Shown: positions 44,075-58,252, numbered from the stretch's first letter. The stretch: 64,000 nt of DNA from the human T2T-CHM13v2.0 reference genome, Homo sapiens (GCF_009914755.1 NC_060930.1), one strand, 5' to 3'. Notes: generated by a model not told the origin, from the letters alone. Numbers and translations: made by a program.

Positions 44075-47000
44075 TTAAAAAATTAAACTTACTTAGTTTG
44101 TTCAGTGCTTCTCTGTAAAGCCTATTTGGAATTGGGGAATTTTAGAACATCTAACATCCTCATTTTTCAGATGAGAACACTGAAGCCCAGAGAGGTAAAG
44201 TGTCTTTCTCAAGGTCCTAAACCCAGGTGAAAGAATGAGAAAACAGAAAAGAAGGCAACCCTCAGTATATATGCTTCCCTCATTGCTCTGTGAAGGGTGG
44301 GTTTGCACACCTTGTTTCTGTGTGTGTGCATGTGTGTATTCACAAGCCCTGTTTACCTGTCCACGCTACTCCCCTACTCCCAACCTGAAAACTTACAGAA
44401 ATCACCTGTAGTCTTCAGATACACTCTGCTATTTCATGTCCCATGCCTTCATTTACAGAGCTTGCCTCCATTAGCTTCATCGAGAACAGCCTTTCACCCC
44501 TGTTCTACCAGACAAACTCATTCTTTCAAAGCCAGGTCATTCCTCTTTCTTCCAGAAGCTTTTGATATTGTCCCCTCACCCCAAAGCAGAGCTACCCTCA
44601 CCCTTCTTACTGCTTCCACCAGGCTTTGCACATACTGCTGTAGTCCTTACCCCACACTGCCTTACGAAGTTTAGTATATTGTAGTATTTTCTATTTCCAC
44701 TCTCTAAGCCAGCTCCACTACCTAAGCCAGATGAGTGGAGCTGCAAGAGAACCTATGGGAGAGCTTAATGGAAAAGGCACTAGTATTTGATTCCCACCTG
44801 GAAAGTCTAAAGACAAGAGACTGGCTGGAGCTGCCCTTGCCCAGTGGCAGAGGGAAGAGGGGGCACTGGTTTGGGGGCAAGCTACATGTCACCTCTGGAG
44901 AGACAGGCAAATGTAGATCCCACCAAAGGGAACAAGCTGATATGACTTAAAGAGATCTTTCCCAAGAGGCAGACTGGATTGGTGAGGGAGAAGCAAAGCT
45001 CCTCACCACCATCCTCCCCGCAAAAAAATGGGCCAGCCATTCAGAGAGAGTTGCAGACCTAAGATCCCAGCAGGAGGATCTATAATGAAGCCACAGAAAA
45101 TCCCATAAGAGAGAGCTGCACCTGCCACACATGATGTCTCCTTTGGCCCTACTCATCTCTCCTCTCAGGCCAACTCCTAGAGGAAGGAAGGAAGGAGATG
45201 GAGAGAAGAGAGAAACAGCCATTCCCCACCCCACCCCACACCAAGGTTTCCAAGCCATCTAGGGGTGAAGGAGCCTTTTAAAATTAGATAAATTTGGGGG
45301 TTTCAAAATTATATTGGACTGAATTGGAGTTAAGAGATTATTAGAGCCCATCAAGATTAATGTGTTCAAAACACATCATAAGATAAGGACTTCAAAGTAG
45401 TCTTTGAAGACTACCTCAGCCAGGGGCATTTCAGTGTTCAAGGGCTGTCAAAGCCAAGGAACTTGCAGGGGATGGACTAGAGGTGAGGAACAGGAAACAC
45501 CCAATGTCACTAGGCTTTCAACAAACATGGGCTGTGAGGGAAGAAGAAACTCAGTTACATGCTAAAAGGGGCCATAAAGTCAACAGAGGATTAGGGGAAG
45601 TTTGGGGTTCTTTATTTAAGATTAAACAGTTTATGAACTGAGAGAAATGCAGAAAAGAGATGAGGCCGTTTTGACATCAGGTGCTACCAAGCAGGAGAGG
45701 AGGTAATCTAGAATACAAGTAGGGATCAGCCCCCTTCTCTGCTCATCTCACAAACACTGTAAGTCCCAGGCATACATCCTCTTCTTCCTCATCTGCACAT
45801 TCTTCCTGGATCCTGTCACCTCCTGTGGCTTCTATTATCACCTACCTCATAACAATTTTCAAATCTGTATCTCAAACTCTGAACCGAAAGGTTTGAACTG
45901 AAGGAGAAAGTGTCTCAACTCTCTCCTAAACTCTAAATGGATGGATATCTCCATTTGTATGTTAACTGGAGCACTCAGCCATAACATGTGTATAATGACA
46001 TTCATTATTTTCCCCTTTCTACAAACTTATTTACTTAGCCATTAATATCAAGTTTACAGAGTTACCAAACACCAAAAATAGAATCACCTGACTTGTCCCG
46101 TCCTTAATCCCCAGCGTCCAATAGGTAACCAAGTTGTGTCCATGACCTCATAAATGCCTCTTCATTCATTCTTTTCTTCTCTATGTATGCAGTTACATAG
46201 AGAAGAAAAGACCATACAGAACATACAGAGTGTGTCTGAAGACTACAGGTGATTTCTGTACATCCTCATGTAGGCCTTAGTTTAAGAGCTGCTCATCTCT
46301 CACCAGGATCTTCTTGACTGTAGGCTCCATGAGAACAGACAGCATGTCTGTTTATGCATCTAGGGTTTATTGCAGCACTTGGTACATGGTAGGTTTTTAA
46401 TAAATATTTATTAAATGAATGAATAAATGTTAAATGGATGACCATTGATTGCAACAGCCATTCTGATCTCTCTGCTTCCAATCCCCCCACATCCTTTCAT
46501 TCTCCTCTGCATTGCTAATATTCTCTTCCTAGGAAAATTAACCTCACTCATTCATTCTCTCTCTGTCTTTCTCCCTCTCTCTCTCCTCCTCCTCTCCCCC
46601 CGACACATAGTCACCCACACATACAGTCACCCACCTGACCTGCCTCCCACACACACTTAGAATACACAGAGTGTAGAGCTTAGAAAAGAGCTGACTCCAG
46701 TGCCTAGAGAACAAAGTCCAAATTCAAATAAGTATCTAATCCTCTACCCTACAAGTGGTCTCCCAGCCTCATCCCTCGCTTCTCCCCATAATTCTGCTGG
46801 ATCATGTGCCATCCTCAAGCTATACCAAAAGCCACAGTGTCCCCTAACATACCCTGACTTGTATGCACGTGTTTTTTCTCTCCTGAGCAGTCCAGTTGTT
46901 TTCCAAGGACTGTCTCCATTTAAAATCTCTCCAGAATGATCTTCTTGGACCCTGGAGAAGCTATCTTCTCTCAGTGCTGCCCTGCGCTCAGTGCCCACTG

Positions 47001-48336
47001 CTTTTGTGCTCCATATTTACATCAATGTTTCACCTTGCTAGAGTGTGAGTTTTAAGGACAAGGACTATATGGTAGTCACATGTATATTACAAGTCACTAG
47101 CACCTCTCCTGGTACATAATGAGCACTTGCCAAATTAATTAGACCAAATTCATGAATTAGACCCATTTATTACCCGTATGTAACAAGCAACAAACAAATG
47201 GGGGATGTCAGTGACACCAAAATGCTTTCTCTTGCCTGAAAGTTTATAATTTCTTTGCACTCTGTTAAAACTATTTCGTGGTTTTTTTCAAATATTATAG
47301 AAAATATTCATCAAGGTATAACTCAAACTCCTGCCACCATGTCTGCCAGCAGAATGTCAGTAGACCTGCTTCAATAAATTGATAGCACTTATTTATAATT
47401 TGCAGCCCCCATTTGCATGCAAATAATGTGCTACAGTTCATAAAGTTGATTTTTCTCTTAAGTTAAATATTCTACCTACAATGTTGTTCATGTATCAATT
47501 AATGAAGTTTTACTATATTCAACCCATAAACATTTATTGAGCCAGGTACTGTGCTAGACCCTTAGGATAAAATGACAAATAACATAATTCCCTGCTCTCA
47601 AGAAGCTCACTGTTGAAAAAAACCAACACACAAGCCAAGCATTACAATGAGACAGGCTTGTTTCTTTTCTTACAAGGGCAAAATGTGGACGTTTACAAGA
47701 GAAGGTAGAGAAAATGAAAGCTAAAAGGTAGCAGTTGTAGGAATACTTATCAGACTATGATCTTACTTGCAGAAATATCTCATTACTTGGCTTTTAAAAG
47801 AAATCATGCAAACTTTTGATACTCTGAACAGTACAGACTACTCAACATGATCCCTATTATAACCCTTTATCTGTGAGCCAAATATCATTGAAATCTATGA
47901 ACAATAACAATACAGTCCACTTGAAGAAAGTAACTAGATTCCTTTAAATATCAAGATGGTAGAATGTTTACAATTAACAGCCTTTAGTAGCATAGCAATA
48001 TTTGTCCAAATCAGTCAGCTTTTTAAAATGTCTAAATAAACTGTTGGAGGAAAAAATAAAAAGTTAAGTTCCTATATTTTGGTCAAAAATGGGAAAAATC
48101 TACAGCGTTTATAACCTATTTGGAACACATGCCTGCCTCTAAAAAGGAATCACTATAAACCCTCACAAGAAACCTCTGACACAAGATCCCCTGATAAACA
48201 CTCAACCTGCATGCTCTTCCCACTACACTCTACCTCTACTCCGATTGCACAGAGTCTTGCAAAAACCTCTGTGCAACCCAAGCTCAAATTCTTCAAAGGC
48301 ACTGCGGTACAGAGCCCTTTTAGAGAGGCTCCAAAG

Positions 48337-51246
48337 CTCCCCCTCCCCCTCCCCCTCCCCCTCCCCCTCCCCCTCTCCCTCTCCGGTACAGAGCCCTTTT
48401 AGAGAGGCTCCAAAGCTCTCCCTCTCCCTCTCCCTCTCCCTCTCCCTCTCCCTCTCCCTCTCCCTCTCCCTCTCCCTCTCCCTCTCCCTCTCCCTCTCCC
48501 TCTCCCTCTCCCTCTCCCTCTCCCTCTCCCTCTCCCTCTCCCTCTCCCTCTCCCTCTCCCTCTCCCTCTCCCTCTCCCTCTCCCTCTCCCTCTCCCTCTC
48601 CCTCTCCCTCTCCCTCTCCCTCTCCCTCTCCCTCCCTCTCCCTCTCCCTCCACGGTCTCCCTCTGATGCCGAGCCAAGGCTGGACGGTGCTGCTGCCATC
48701 TCGGCTCACTGCAGCCTCCCTGCCTGATTCTCCTGCCTCAGCCTGCTACGCCTCACTGGTTTTCGTTTTTTTTTTGGTGGAGACGGGGTTTTGCTGTGTT
48801 GGCCGGGCTGGTCTCCAGCTCCTAGCCGCGAGTGATCCGCCAGCCTCGGCCTCCCGGGGTGCCGGGATTGCGGACGGAGTCTCGTTCACTCAGTGCTCAG
48901 TGGTGCCCAGGCTGGAGTGCAGTGGCGTGATCTCGGCTCGCTACAGCCTCCACCTCCCAGCCGCCTGCCTTGGCCCCCCAAAGTGCCGAGATTGCAGCCT
49001 CTGCCCAGCCGCCACCCCGTCTGGGAAGTGAGGAGCGTCTCTGCTTGGCCACCCATCGTCTGGGATATGAGGAGCCTCTCTGCCTGGCTGCCCAGTCTGG
49101 AAAGTGAGGAGCGTCTCTGCCCGGCCGCCATCCCATCTAGGAAGCGAGGAGCGCCTCTTCCCCGCCGCCTTCCCATCTAGGAAGTGAGGAGCGTCTCTGC
49201 CCGGCCGCCCATTGTCTGAGATGTGGGGAGCACCTCTGCCCCGCCGCCCTGTCTGGGATGTGAGGAGCGCCTCTGCTGGCCGCAACCCTGTCTGGGAGGT
49301 GAGGAGCGTCTCTGCCCGGCCGCCCCGTCTGAGAAGTGAGGAAACCCTCTGCCTGGCAACCGCCCCGTCTGAGAAGTGAGGAGCCCCTCCGTCCGGCAGC
49401 CACCCCGTCTGGGAAGTGAGGAGCGTCTCCGCCCGGCAGCCACCCCGTCCGGGAGGGAGGTGGGGGGGGTCAGCCCCCCGCCCGGCCAGCCGCCCCGTCC
49501 GGGAGGTGAGGGGCTCCTCTGCCCGGCCGCCCCTACTGGGAAGTGAGGAGCCCCTCTGCCTGGCCAGTCGCCCCGTCCAGGAGGGAGGTTGGGGGGTCAG
49601 CCCCCCGCCCGGCCAGCCGCCCAGTCCGGGAGGTGAGGGGCGCCTCTGCCCGGCCGCCCCTACTGGGAAGTGAGGAGCCCCTCTGCCCGGCCAGCCGCCC
49701 CGTCCGGGAGGGGGGAGGGGGGGTCAGCCCCCTGCCCGGCCAGCCGCCCCGTCCGGGAGGGAGGTGGTGGGGGTCAGCCCCCCGCCCGGCCAGCCGCCCC
49801 GTCCGGGAGGTGAGGGGTGCCTCTGCCCGGCCGCCCCTACTGGGAAGTGAGGAGCCCCTCTGCCCGGCCAGCCGCCCCGTCCGGGAGGGAGGTGGGGGGG
49901 TCAGCCCCCCGCCCGGCCAGCCGCCCCGTCCGGGAGGTGAGGGGCGCCTCTGCCCAGCCGCCCCTACTGGGAAGTGAGGACCCCTCTGCCCAGCCAGCCG
50001 CCCCGTCCGGGAGGGAGGTGGGGGGGTCAGCCCCCCGCCCGGCCAGCCGCCCAGTCTGGGAGGGAGGTGGGGGGATCAGCCCCCCGCCCGGCCAGCCGCC
50101 CCGTCCGGGAGGGAGGTGGGGGGGTCAGCCCCCCGCCTGGCCAGCCGCCCCATCCGGGAGGGAGGTGGGGGGTCAGCCCCCCACCTGGCCAGCCGCCCCG
50201 TCCGGGAGGGAGGTGGGGGAATCAGCCCCCCGCCTGGCCAGCCGCCCCGTCCGGGAGGTGAGGGGCGCCTCTGCCCGGCCGCCCCTACTGGGAAGTGAGG
50301 AGCCCCTCTGCCCGGCCAGCCGCCCCGTCCGGGAGGGAGGTGGGGGGGTCAGCCCCCCGCCTGGCCAGCCGCCCCATTCGGGAGGGAGGTGGGGGGGTCA
50401 GCCCCCCGCCCGGCCAGCCGCCCCGTCCGGGAGGGAGGTGGGGGGATCAGCCGCCCGCCTGGCCAGCCGCCCCGTCCAGGAGGTGAGGGGCGCCTCTGCC
50501 CGGCCGCCCCTACTGGGAAGTGAGGAGCCCCTCTGCCTGGCCAGCCGCCCCGTCCGGGAGGATGGTGGGGGGGTCAGCCCCCCGCCCGGCCAGCCGCCCC
50601 ATCCGGGAGGTGAGGGGCGCTTCTGCCCAGCCGCCCCTACTGGGAAGTGAGGAGCCCCTCTGCCCGGCCACGACCCCGTCTGGGAGGTGTGCCCAGCGGC
50701 TCATTGGGGATGGGCCATGATGACAATGGCGGTTTTGTGGAATAGAAAGGCGGGAAGGGTGGGGAAAAAATTGAGAAATCAGATGGTTGCCGGGTTTGTG
50801 TGGATAGAAGTAGACATGGGAGACTTTTCATTTTGTTCTGTACTAAGAAAAATTCTTCTGCCTTGGGATCCTGTTGATCTGTGACCTTATCCCCAACCCT
50901 GTGCTCTCTGAAACATGTGCTGTGTCCACTCAGGGTTAAATGGATTAAGGGCGGTGCAAGATGTGCTTTGTTAAACAGATGCTTGAAGGCAGCATGCTCG
51001 TCAAGAGTCATCACCACTCCCTAATCTTAAGTACCCAGGGACACAAACACTGCGGAAGGCCGCAGGGTCCTCTGCCTAGGAAAACCAGAGACCTTTGTTC
51101 ACTTGTTTATCTGCTGACCTTCCCTCCACTATTGTCCTATGACCCTGCCAAATCCCCCTCTGCGAGAAACACCCAAGAATGATCAATAAAAAAAAAAAAA
51201 TAATAAAAAATAAAAAATAAAAAAATAAAAAATAAAAATAAAATAA

Positions 51247-51277
<31 letters not shown>
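48337..51277 (+). mobile_element. Full-length SVA retrotransposon (SVA_E-like), antisense to PKHD1
   Basis: CCCTCT hexamer (48416-48650), Alu-like region (about 48651-49000), GC-rich VNTR (about 49000-50690), SINE-R (about 50690-51190, gtgcccagcggctcattggggatggg), AATAAA and A-rich tail; 15-bp TSD agagaggctccaaag (3' copy 51278-51292). Subfamily is less certain than family. Confidence 0.96.
48416..48650 (+). repeat. (CCCTCT)n SVA hexamer array, about 39 units
   Basis: Directly visible. Confidence 0.95.
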
Positions 51278-51278
<1 letters not shown>

Positions 51279-53826
51279 GAGAGGCTCCAAAGTATCCACA
51301 TCTTAACCACATCGGACGCCTTTGCCCAGCCTCCCTGAGGCTCCCACAACACATTCTGAAATCTCAGACATTGCTTACGCAGGGCCCAGGAAGCCTTTGC
51401 AAGACAAAGGAAGGAAACACAGTGAAGTGTACCGTTAACAAAACCCAAAATCAAAAGGAAGTCCAAGTCGTTGTCAAATTTGTAATTGGTAGCTCCATTA
51501 TTAATTAATTTGTCAGAGAATTTAACACAGCAGGACTATCCACAGTCATAATTGCACAAGTAAATTGAGACTAGGTTAAACAAAATTTTTTTAAATTTAA
51601 TTTTCTACGTACCTACAGAGGTGAGAACTGCCTAGACTACAAAAAATAAGGGGGCTTGCTTGTATTGATATTTTAATCTGAAACATCATTATTGTGTAAA
51701 CGGAATCTCCTTTTACATTAGTTTTCAGAGACAAGACTGGAAACAGCATATGAGCACATAATCATATCACAGTGTGTTTCTCTCTCAAAAGCCGAACCTT
51801 CTGCCTTAACACTTTCACAGACTCCTCCAGGCCTGCTTCAAACAGACAAAACACTCCTCCTAAAACTCAAAGAAACATCGCAACACCTTTGTAATAGGCC
51901 TATTTCCCAAGAGGGGGCAGATAAAAGGACAAAGCAAATTAAGGGAAATGCGGAATATAAACTTGAAACCTACTGTCAATAAAACCCAAAACAAACTCGA
52001 AGCGGAGGTGAAGAAAGCAGGGGGAGGAAAAGCAATGTTAAATGGTCATCTTTCTTCTCATTTTATTTGAGGAAGTTAAGTTTGCACAGCTCCTTACAAG
52101 CTGTCTTTGGCTAAAATCACTATTAATGAGCTTTGACGTTTGAAATTTAACTGAGCACAAGCTAACAGCTTCCAGCACTGCACCACCCATGAAGTCAACT
52201 GGAAATATTTTGCTAGGGCCTAACGGTGTGTTTATTGAAAAGGCACAGCTTTCAAGAGAAAGTGTTTATAGCAACCACTTTACCTGCTATCCCTGCTCTG
52301 TGATGTCTGTTTGGTTTTAGGGTTTGGGGGGTCCTCTTTAACTCTTTCTAGTCACACTGTTCTAATTGTTTTCAAGTCTAGCAGGAGAATGTTAATGAAG
52401 TTCTTTGCTCTACAGCAACCTGGATTATAAGGACAGATTTGAAAACTCTGAGTTATGACAAAGGGGCAGGCCACAAGGCAAAAAGAAAAAAGCCCATAGA
52501 GAGGCTTCAGCTCTAGCATTCGCTCATTAGAAAGACAAGATAAAAACACGTATTCTTTATGGGTAATGCCATTAAAATTATCCTTTCCCAAAAGAGAACA
52601 CAGTGACTAGATCAATAAACCTGAAAGATTGCATGGATTCTTCTTAGCTAAAATCCTGGTTCATTGAATGAAAGTGAATTCATTATTAACCAAGTAGTTT
52701 CCCCAAGAGAAAGGCATGGAAGGAAGCTATTCACTTTACTCCTCAACAAAGAAGGCTTTAGGCATTCTGACTTGTTTAAGAAGTAAAATGAAAAAGAGGG
52801 ATTGAGTCTGAAAGAAAAGCATACTCACACATACCCTGCTCTTGCACAAAATTTACATGTTGTCAGTTTCTACCTCTAAAATTTATTAAAACAAAGAGGG
52901 AGCATTATTTTGAATCTCATGCCACAGTCCTAAGAACAATGGTCTGTGTTCAGTGATCCTGTACAGATTCTTGACCTTGAACACACCTGGATGCCAATAT
53001 CAGTATGAAATTCAGAACTGCTCCCCTTTCCCTGAAGCCAGTGTTACACTGGAGAATGTAGGAGTATCCTTTGCCTGAGGCATTCCTGGACCAAGTAAAA
53101 GTAAAAGCAGAAATTATAACCTAATCTGGAATGCCTCTAAGGAATGGAGAGGAAATCTCAGTTACAAAGAAAAGGAAGTTCAGAATCTGCGAACTAGAAA
53201 TAACATAATTTCAAGGTTTTTATTCACCAAATTAACGTTGGGTTACCCCTACAATACCAAGGAGAAAACGTCCAAGGATGGTGCTAAATCAATGAAGACA
53301 ATTCAGACATTACAACTAGAGAAAAAATAAGGAGAAAGCAAGAAAGTTGGATTCTTTGTCCAAAGATATTTTTGTCATTACTAGATATTTTTCCATAGAA
53401 AAAAAAAACAATTACTAGATCATCAATTATTTTAAAATTAAAATGAAATCTTCATATGTTCCTTTTTTAATGGAAATGTGTAAACTGGTACAACTATATT
53501 ATTTTGCAATATGCATGATCTGTGAAAAAAATTAGAAAAAAACTACATACAATTGAAGGCTATCTCTGAGTTTCATATACTTTCTCAAAATATGTGGAAA
53601 GATAAATGTGGAAGATGTCTGTTGCAGTATTGTTTGTAGAAATCAACTTCTTGAAATATTTATTGCAAAACAATTAACACATGTTTATTGATTCTTTATT
53701 TTGGCCTACTTTGTAAGAAAAATCCAATAGTGAATAAACAATAGTTTCTGGGTTTATGGAACATTGTTTAAGAAATATACAACAACGAAAAATTTAAGAG
53801 GAATGAATGTTATAAAAAAGAAAGCA

Positions 53827-54140
<314 letters not shown>

Positions 54141-55354
54141 CTAAATGATAAGACACAGGGATATCTTTTAAAATAGAAAGGTTTCTTTTTTACTGATACA
54201 TAATAATTATACATATTTAAGGGATACATGTGATATTTTGATACTACATTCTCACATGCTATATGAGTTATTTATTTCTAGAAGTTATACAATGGAAAGT
54301 AATTTTTAAAATAATTTATGTAACCATTTGTGAATAAGAATATATTTGTGATAGTTATTAATTCACAAATGGTACCGGTCATATTAACAACTTATTTATA
54401 ATCAGCATATTTCCAGTTAGCAAAGTGAGAATGTAAGGTAAAAACGTAATGGGATTAATAGGAATAATTTTGCTATGGGGATCTGTGTAGTTATAATGAT
54501 TTCAAGTTAAAAAAACAGAAATGTAAGTAATATATAGCATTTGTCTCTAATATTATAGAAATGCCATATTCAGACCTGTCGTGGAGAGGGACATAGCTGT
54601 TCTCTTCACAATCTCAGTCATGAATATGACTAATGAGAAATGAAGGGGAGAGGTGGGGAATTTATCACAATATCCACACACCAAACCTCATGTACTTCTT
54701 CAAGATGTGTCTTTCAAGACTGCACTCAGAATCGTATATATCTATTAAAATTTTGTTATCTTGTCAGTTGCTGAAGAAAACAAAAGGATCAATTAGAAGG
54801 AAGTAGGGGCTACTGACAGCATCCAGATGTGAGACTTGCAGTCTGACAGCAAAGGAAGGGACGAAATACATCAATACAGTCATGGGCCATTTAGCAATTT
54901 CAATAGCACCACCTGGGATAGAGTTATTATTTTTTTAAAAAGTGAAACAACTGAAGTTTGTGCTGATGATCCAGAGGTATCAACAAAATATTTGATACTA
55001 CCACCTATGTTCAAGTAAAAGGACAGAAAAGCCTTCGCAATGTTTTAGAAGTTAATATCAAAAATAAACATGGCTTGGTATTTTGACGGAAATGTTTCAG
55101 TTGCCTAGCAAATTAACTCCTGTGGTATTTCTCATTCCCCAAGCAAAATAGAAAAGTGAGATATTAGGAAACTTTAAAACTGGAAAAATATATGACACCG
55201 CCAGGAGTTTTGTCCAGAAATGAAATTTGGAAATGGCCTTTATCCAACAAATAGCGTGGCAGCATTTGCTAAACCCCAGGCACAGCAGTAGGTGCTCAGA
55301 CTACCTCTGGCACACACATAATCTAGCAGGAAACAAGTATAATAGCCGATACTA

Positions 55355-55537
<183 letters not shown>

Positions 55538-58252
55538 TCAGAGTCCAGTTGTTTTCTCACTCACTTCAATACCCCCATTTTGGTAGCACATTAAATAAAT
55601 TGATCTGGATTTGGAAAATAGCAAACTGAAAACCAGAACAACAATTAAAATATTCAAAGCTGAAGGTATGAGGCTGGGAGAAATGATAATAATAACAAGA
55701 ATAATAATGATAAACACTGAATGAGCATTTATTAGATGTTGGACACTGCATAAAAACCTTCACTTCTATACCCTGTTTGAACTTCACAATGACCTTCCAA
55801 GAGTCTACCTTATTAGCCCTATTTATGATGAGAAAACTGAGAAATGCAGAGGGAAAGTAACATGACCAAAAACAAAACGCTGGAAAGTGGTGGAACCAAG
55901 GCTTTGAGAATCTGTTTTCAGACTTTAGCAGCCCATGCCCTTAAGCAATATTAAAAACTTGTCTCAAAAATAATAAAAGTTTCATAAATCTGAAATGATG
56001 AGGAAAATATAGCCTCAGAAACAGAAAGGTTAAATCAGACTGAATCTCCAGTCAAAAGGTGAGCCCAATCAGTTTTGTCCTCTCACAGGAAAGAAGTTCT
56101 TTTTCTAAGACCTTTTTTTTTTTTTTCTGAAACTGAAACTGTGAACTTTTGGTATTCTCTGATTCTCCAGAAGACCCTCAAGTCCCTAAGCCCTAGCAAT
56201 TGTTTTATTTTACTAGTTGAATAAAATGGGCTCTGGAGGCAGTAACACAAATTCAAATCCTAACTCTACCACATAGTCACTCTGTGACCTTTGGTAGTCA
56301 CCTAATTTCCCTGAAGCTCAATCTCTTATCTTAAAATGGAGATTTTTTGAGGGCTCTTAATGAGTTAATTAGTATACATAAAGGCTAACTCAGTGCCTGA
56401 CATATAACAGGTGTTTGGTAAGTATCATTGTTCACTTCTTGCCTTTCTCAACTTTTCCTTAAACTAAAACAAGGAAAAGATAGATTTCTTAAGATTTAGT
56501 TGTTGCATCACCATTTATGGAAAAACAAAGAGAAATGAAAACAAAATCAACTTTCCTTGGTGATGAAAACGCCCTATGTCTTCAATTTGATTCTGGGCTT
56601 CACAGTATATACATATATTAATAAGCTATACACTTAAGATCTGTACATTTCATTATAGGTAATTTATGCCTCAATATATAAGACAAATTCTTGACAAAAT
56701 AAATTTTTATTTTAAATATAATATCTCAAACATAATAATTAATTCTATTGGCAAACCAAATTATCCAGCATATATTTTATGTCGCCAATTAGAAACTTAA
56801 AAGTACAAAAAACACATACTACATATTTTTCATCTAGCCCTAATATTTCATTCCCCCACCTTGCTCCCACTTTAAACAATCCTAAGGAAATTTCCAACAG
56901 CCACTGTTTTATTTCTGTACTCTGCAAGTAGCACGTTCCAGTTTTCTATGCGAGCCTTTTGGCCACATTACAGCCAACTACCACCACCATATGCCACTGG
57001 AGTCCACATTGATAAAAGATCTAAGAGTTGAATGGCACTTTCATACTTAGAGAGGGCTTTACACCTGTAGATCCATTTAAAACTCAAAAACCTTGCAGGA
57101 AGATATGGTTAAGCACTATCACCATCATTGAGGGGAAATGATGGCTCTGAGAAATTAAGTCAAGGACCCAGGACCTTGGCGTTGTTAGGGACTAGGACCC
57201 AAGTCTTCCAGCATCAAGACTCACAGCTTTTCCATTACTCTTATACCTTTGACAGAGGAAGAGATGACAAGACAAGTCCTCCAACTTGTGCCAACTAACG
57301 ATGAGCCTGCACAGCACTAGCTATAGAAAATCAACAACATAAGGCCAGGGGCTCACATTGTTAAAGTCTGTGGCTTTAGAAAAGGATGAAATCTGCCTAA
57401 AAAATATTTCTCTACTCTTCCCAGAGTTGCTTTTGGAAGCGATATCTTTATATCCAATACGATCCTTCTCAAAGGTGAGTATTCATGCTGCGAATCCACT
57501 CCAGTCTCCAGGGCCTTTGCCCTGGTACTGACATTTTACCTTCTACAAAAACTTCATGAGAGAAAGGAAAAAAAACAAAAACTAGATTTTTCCAGGTCAA
57601 ATAAAAAGAAAAAACTTATACTAATTAAAGCCATACTCTTTTAGACAAAAACACTATTTCAGTTCTCCCTTCTTTGCTTTTTCTGCTGCAAAACATGTTT
57701 CAAGGCTAAAAAGGAGCCAATTAAAGTTTCTATTATCATGAAATACAATTCTGTTGGTGCAGTGATACTGAGCAAAAGCAATTTTATTCCTGCCTTTCCA
57801 AAAATACGTATAGGTACATGTGAAAACAACTATGCATGCAGGCACACCTGCAGGGGTGTCTCTATGTGCACGTGTATGTGTGTAGAAAGGAAGACCAGAG
57901 AGTTATCACAGAATTGAACCTGCACAATTCACCACAAATAAATTAATAATGGCATATTATGAAGATATATTTTCCCATTATCTAGAGGAACTTTGTTTTG
58001 CCTGTTTTTGTTATTATTTTTCACTCGAGTCATCATTATCCTACAGAGAGGAAGGCTAACAAAGGCCTTTGATTTCACCACTTCTAGAGATTTAAACAAA
58101 AGACTTAACAATCCCAATTAGACCATTAAAATACCTCAAGAGAAAAACAAAGAATATACAGCTATATCTGCTGAACTCCCAGTAATAACTCAAGGTCTGT
58201 CTTAATGTTTTTTAAACCAGAGGAAATGAAGGGATAGGGGGAGGGAGGAAAC

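Noticed and set aside
49000-50690. Regular repeat array resembling a CRISPR array or CpG-island promoter
   Set aside because: No unique spacers and no cas genes; it is the SVA VNTR in human DNA.
48211-51466. Many overlapping long ORFs (RE/SL/EG dipeptide repeats, Pro/Gly/Arg-rich up to 277 aa)
   Set aside because: They are translations of the stop-poor SVA hexamer and VNTR, not genes.
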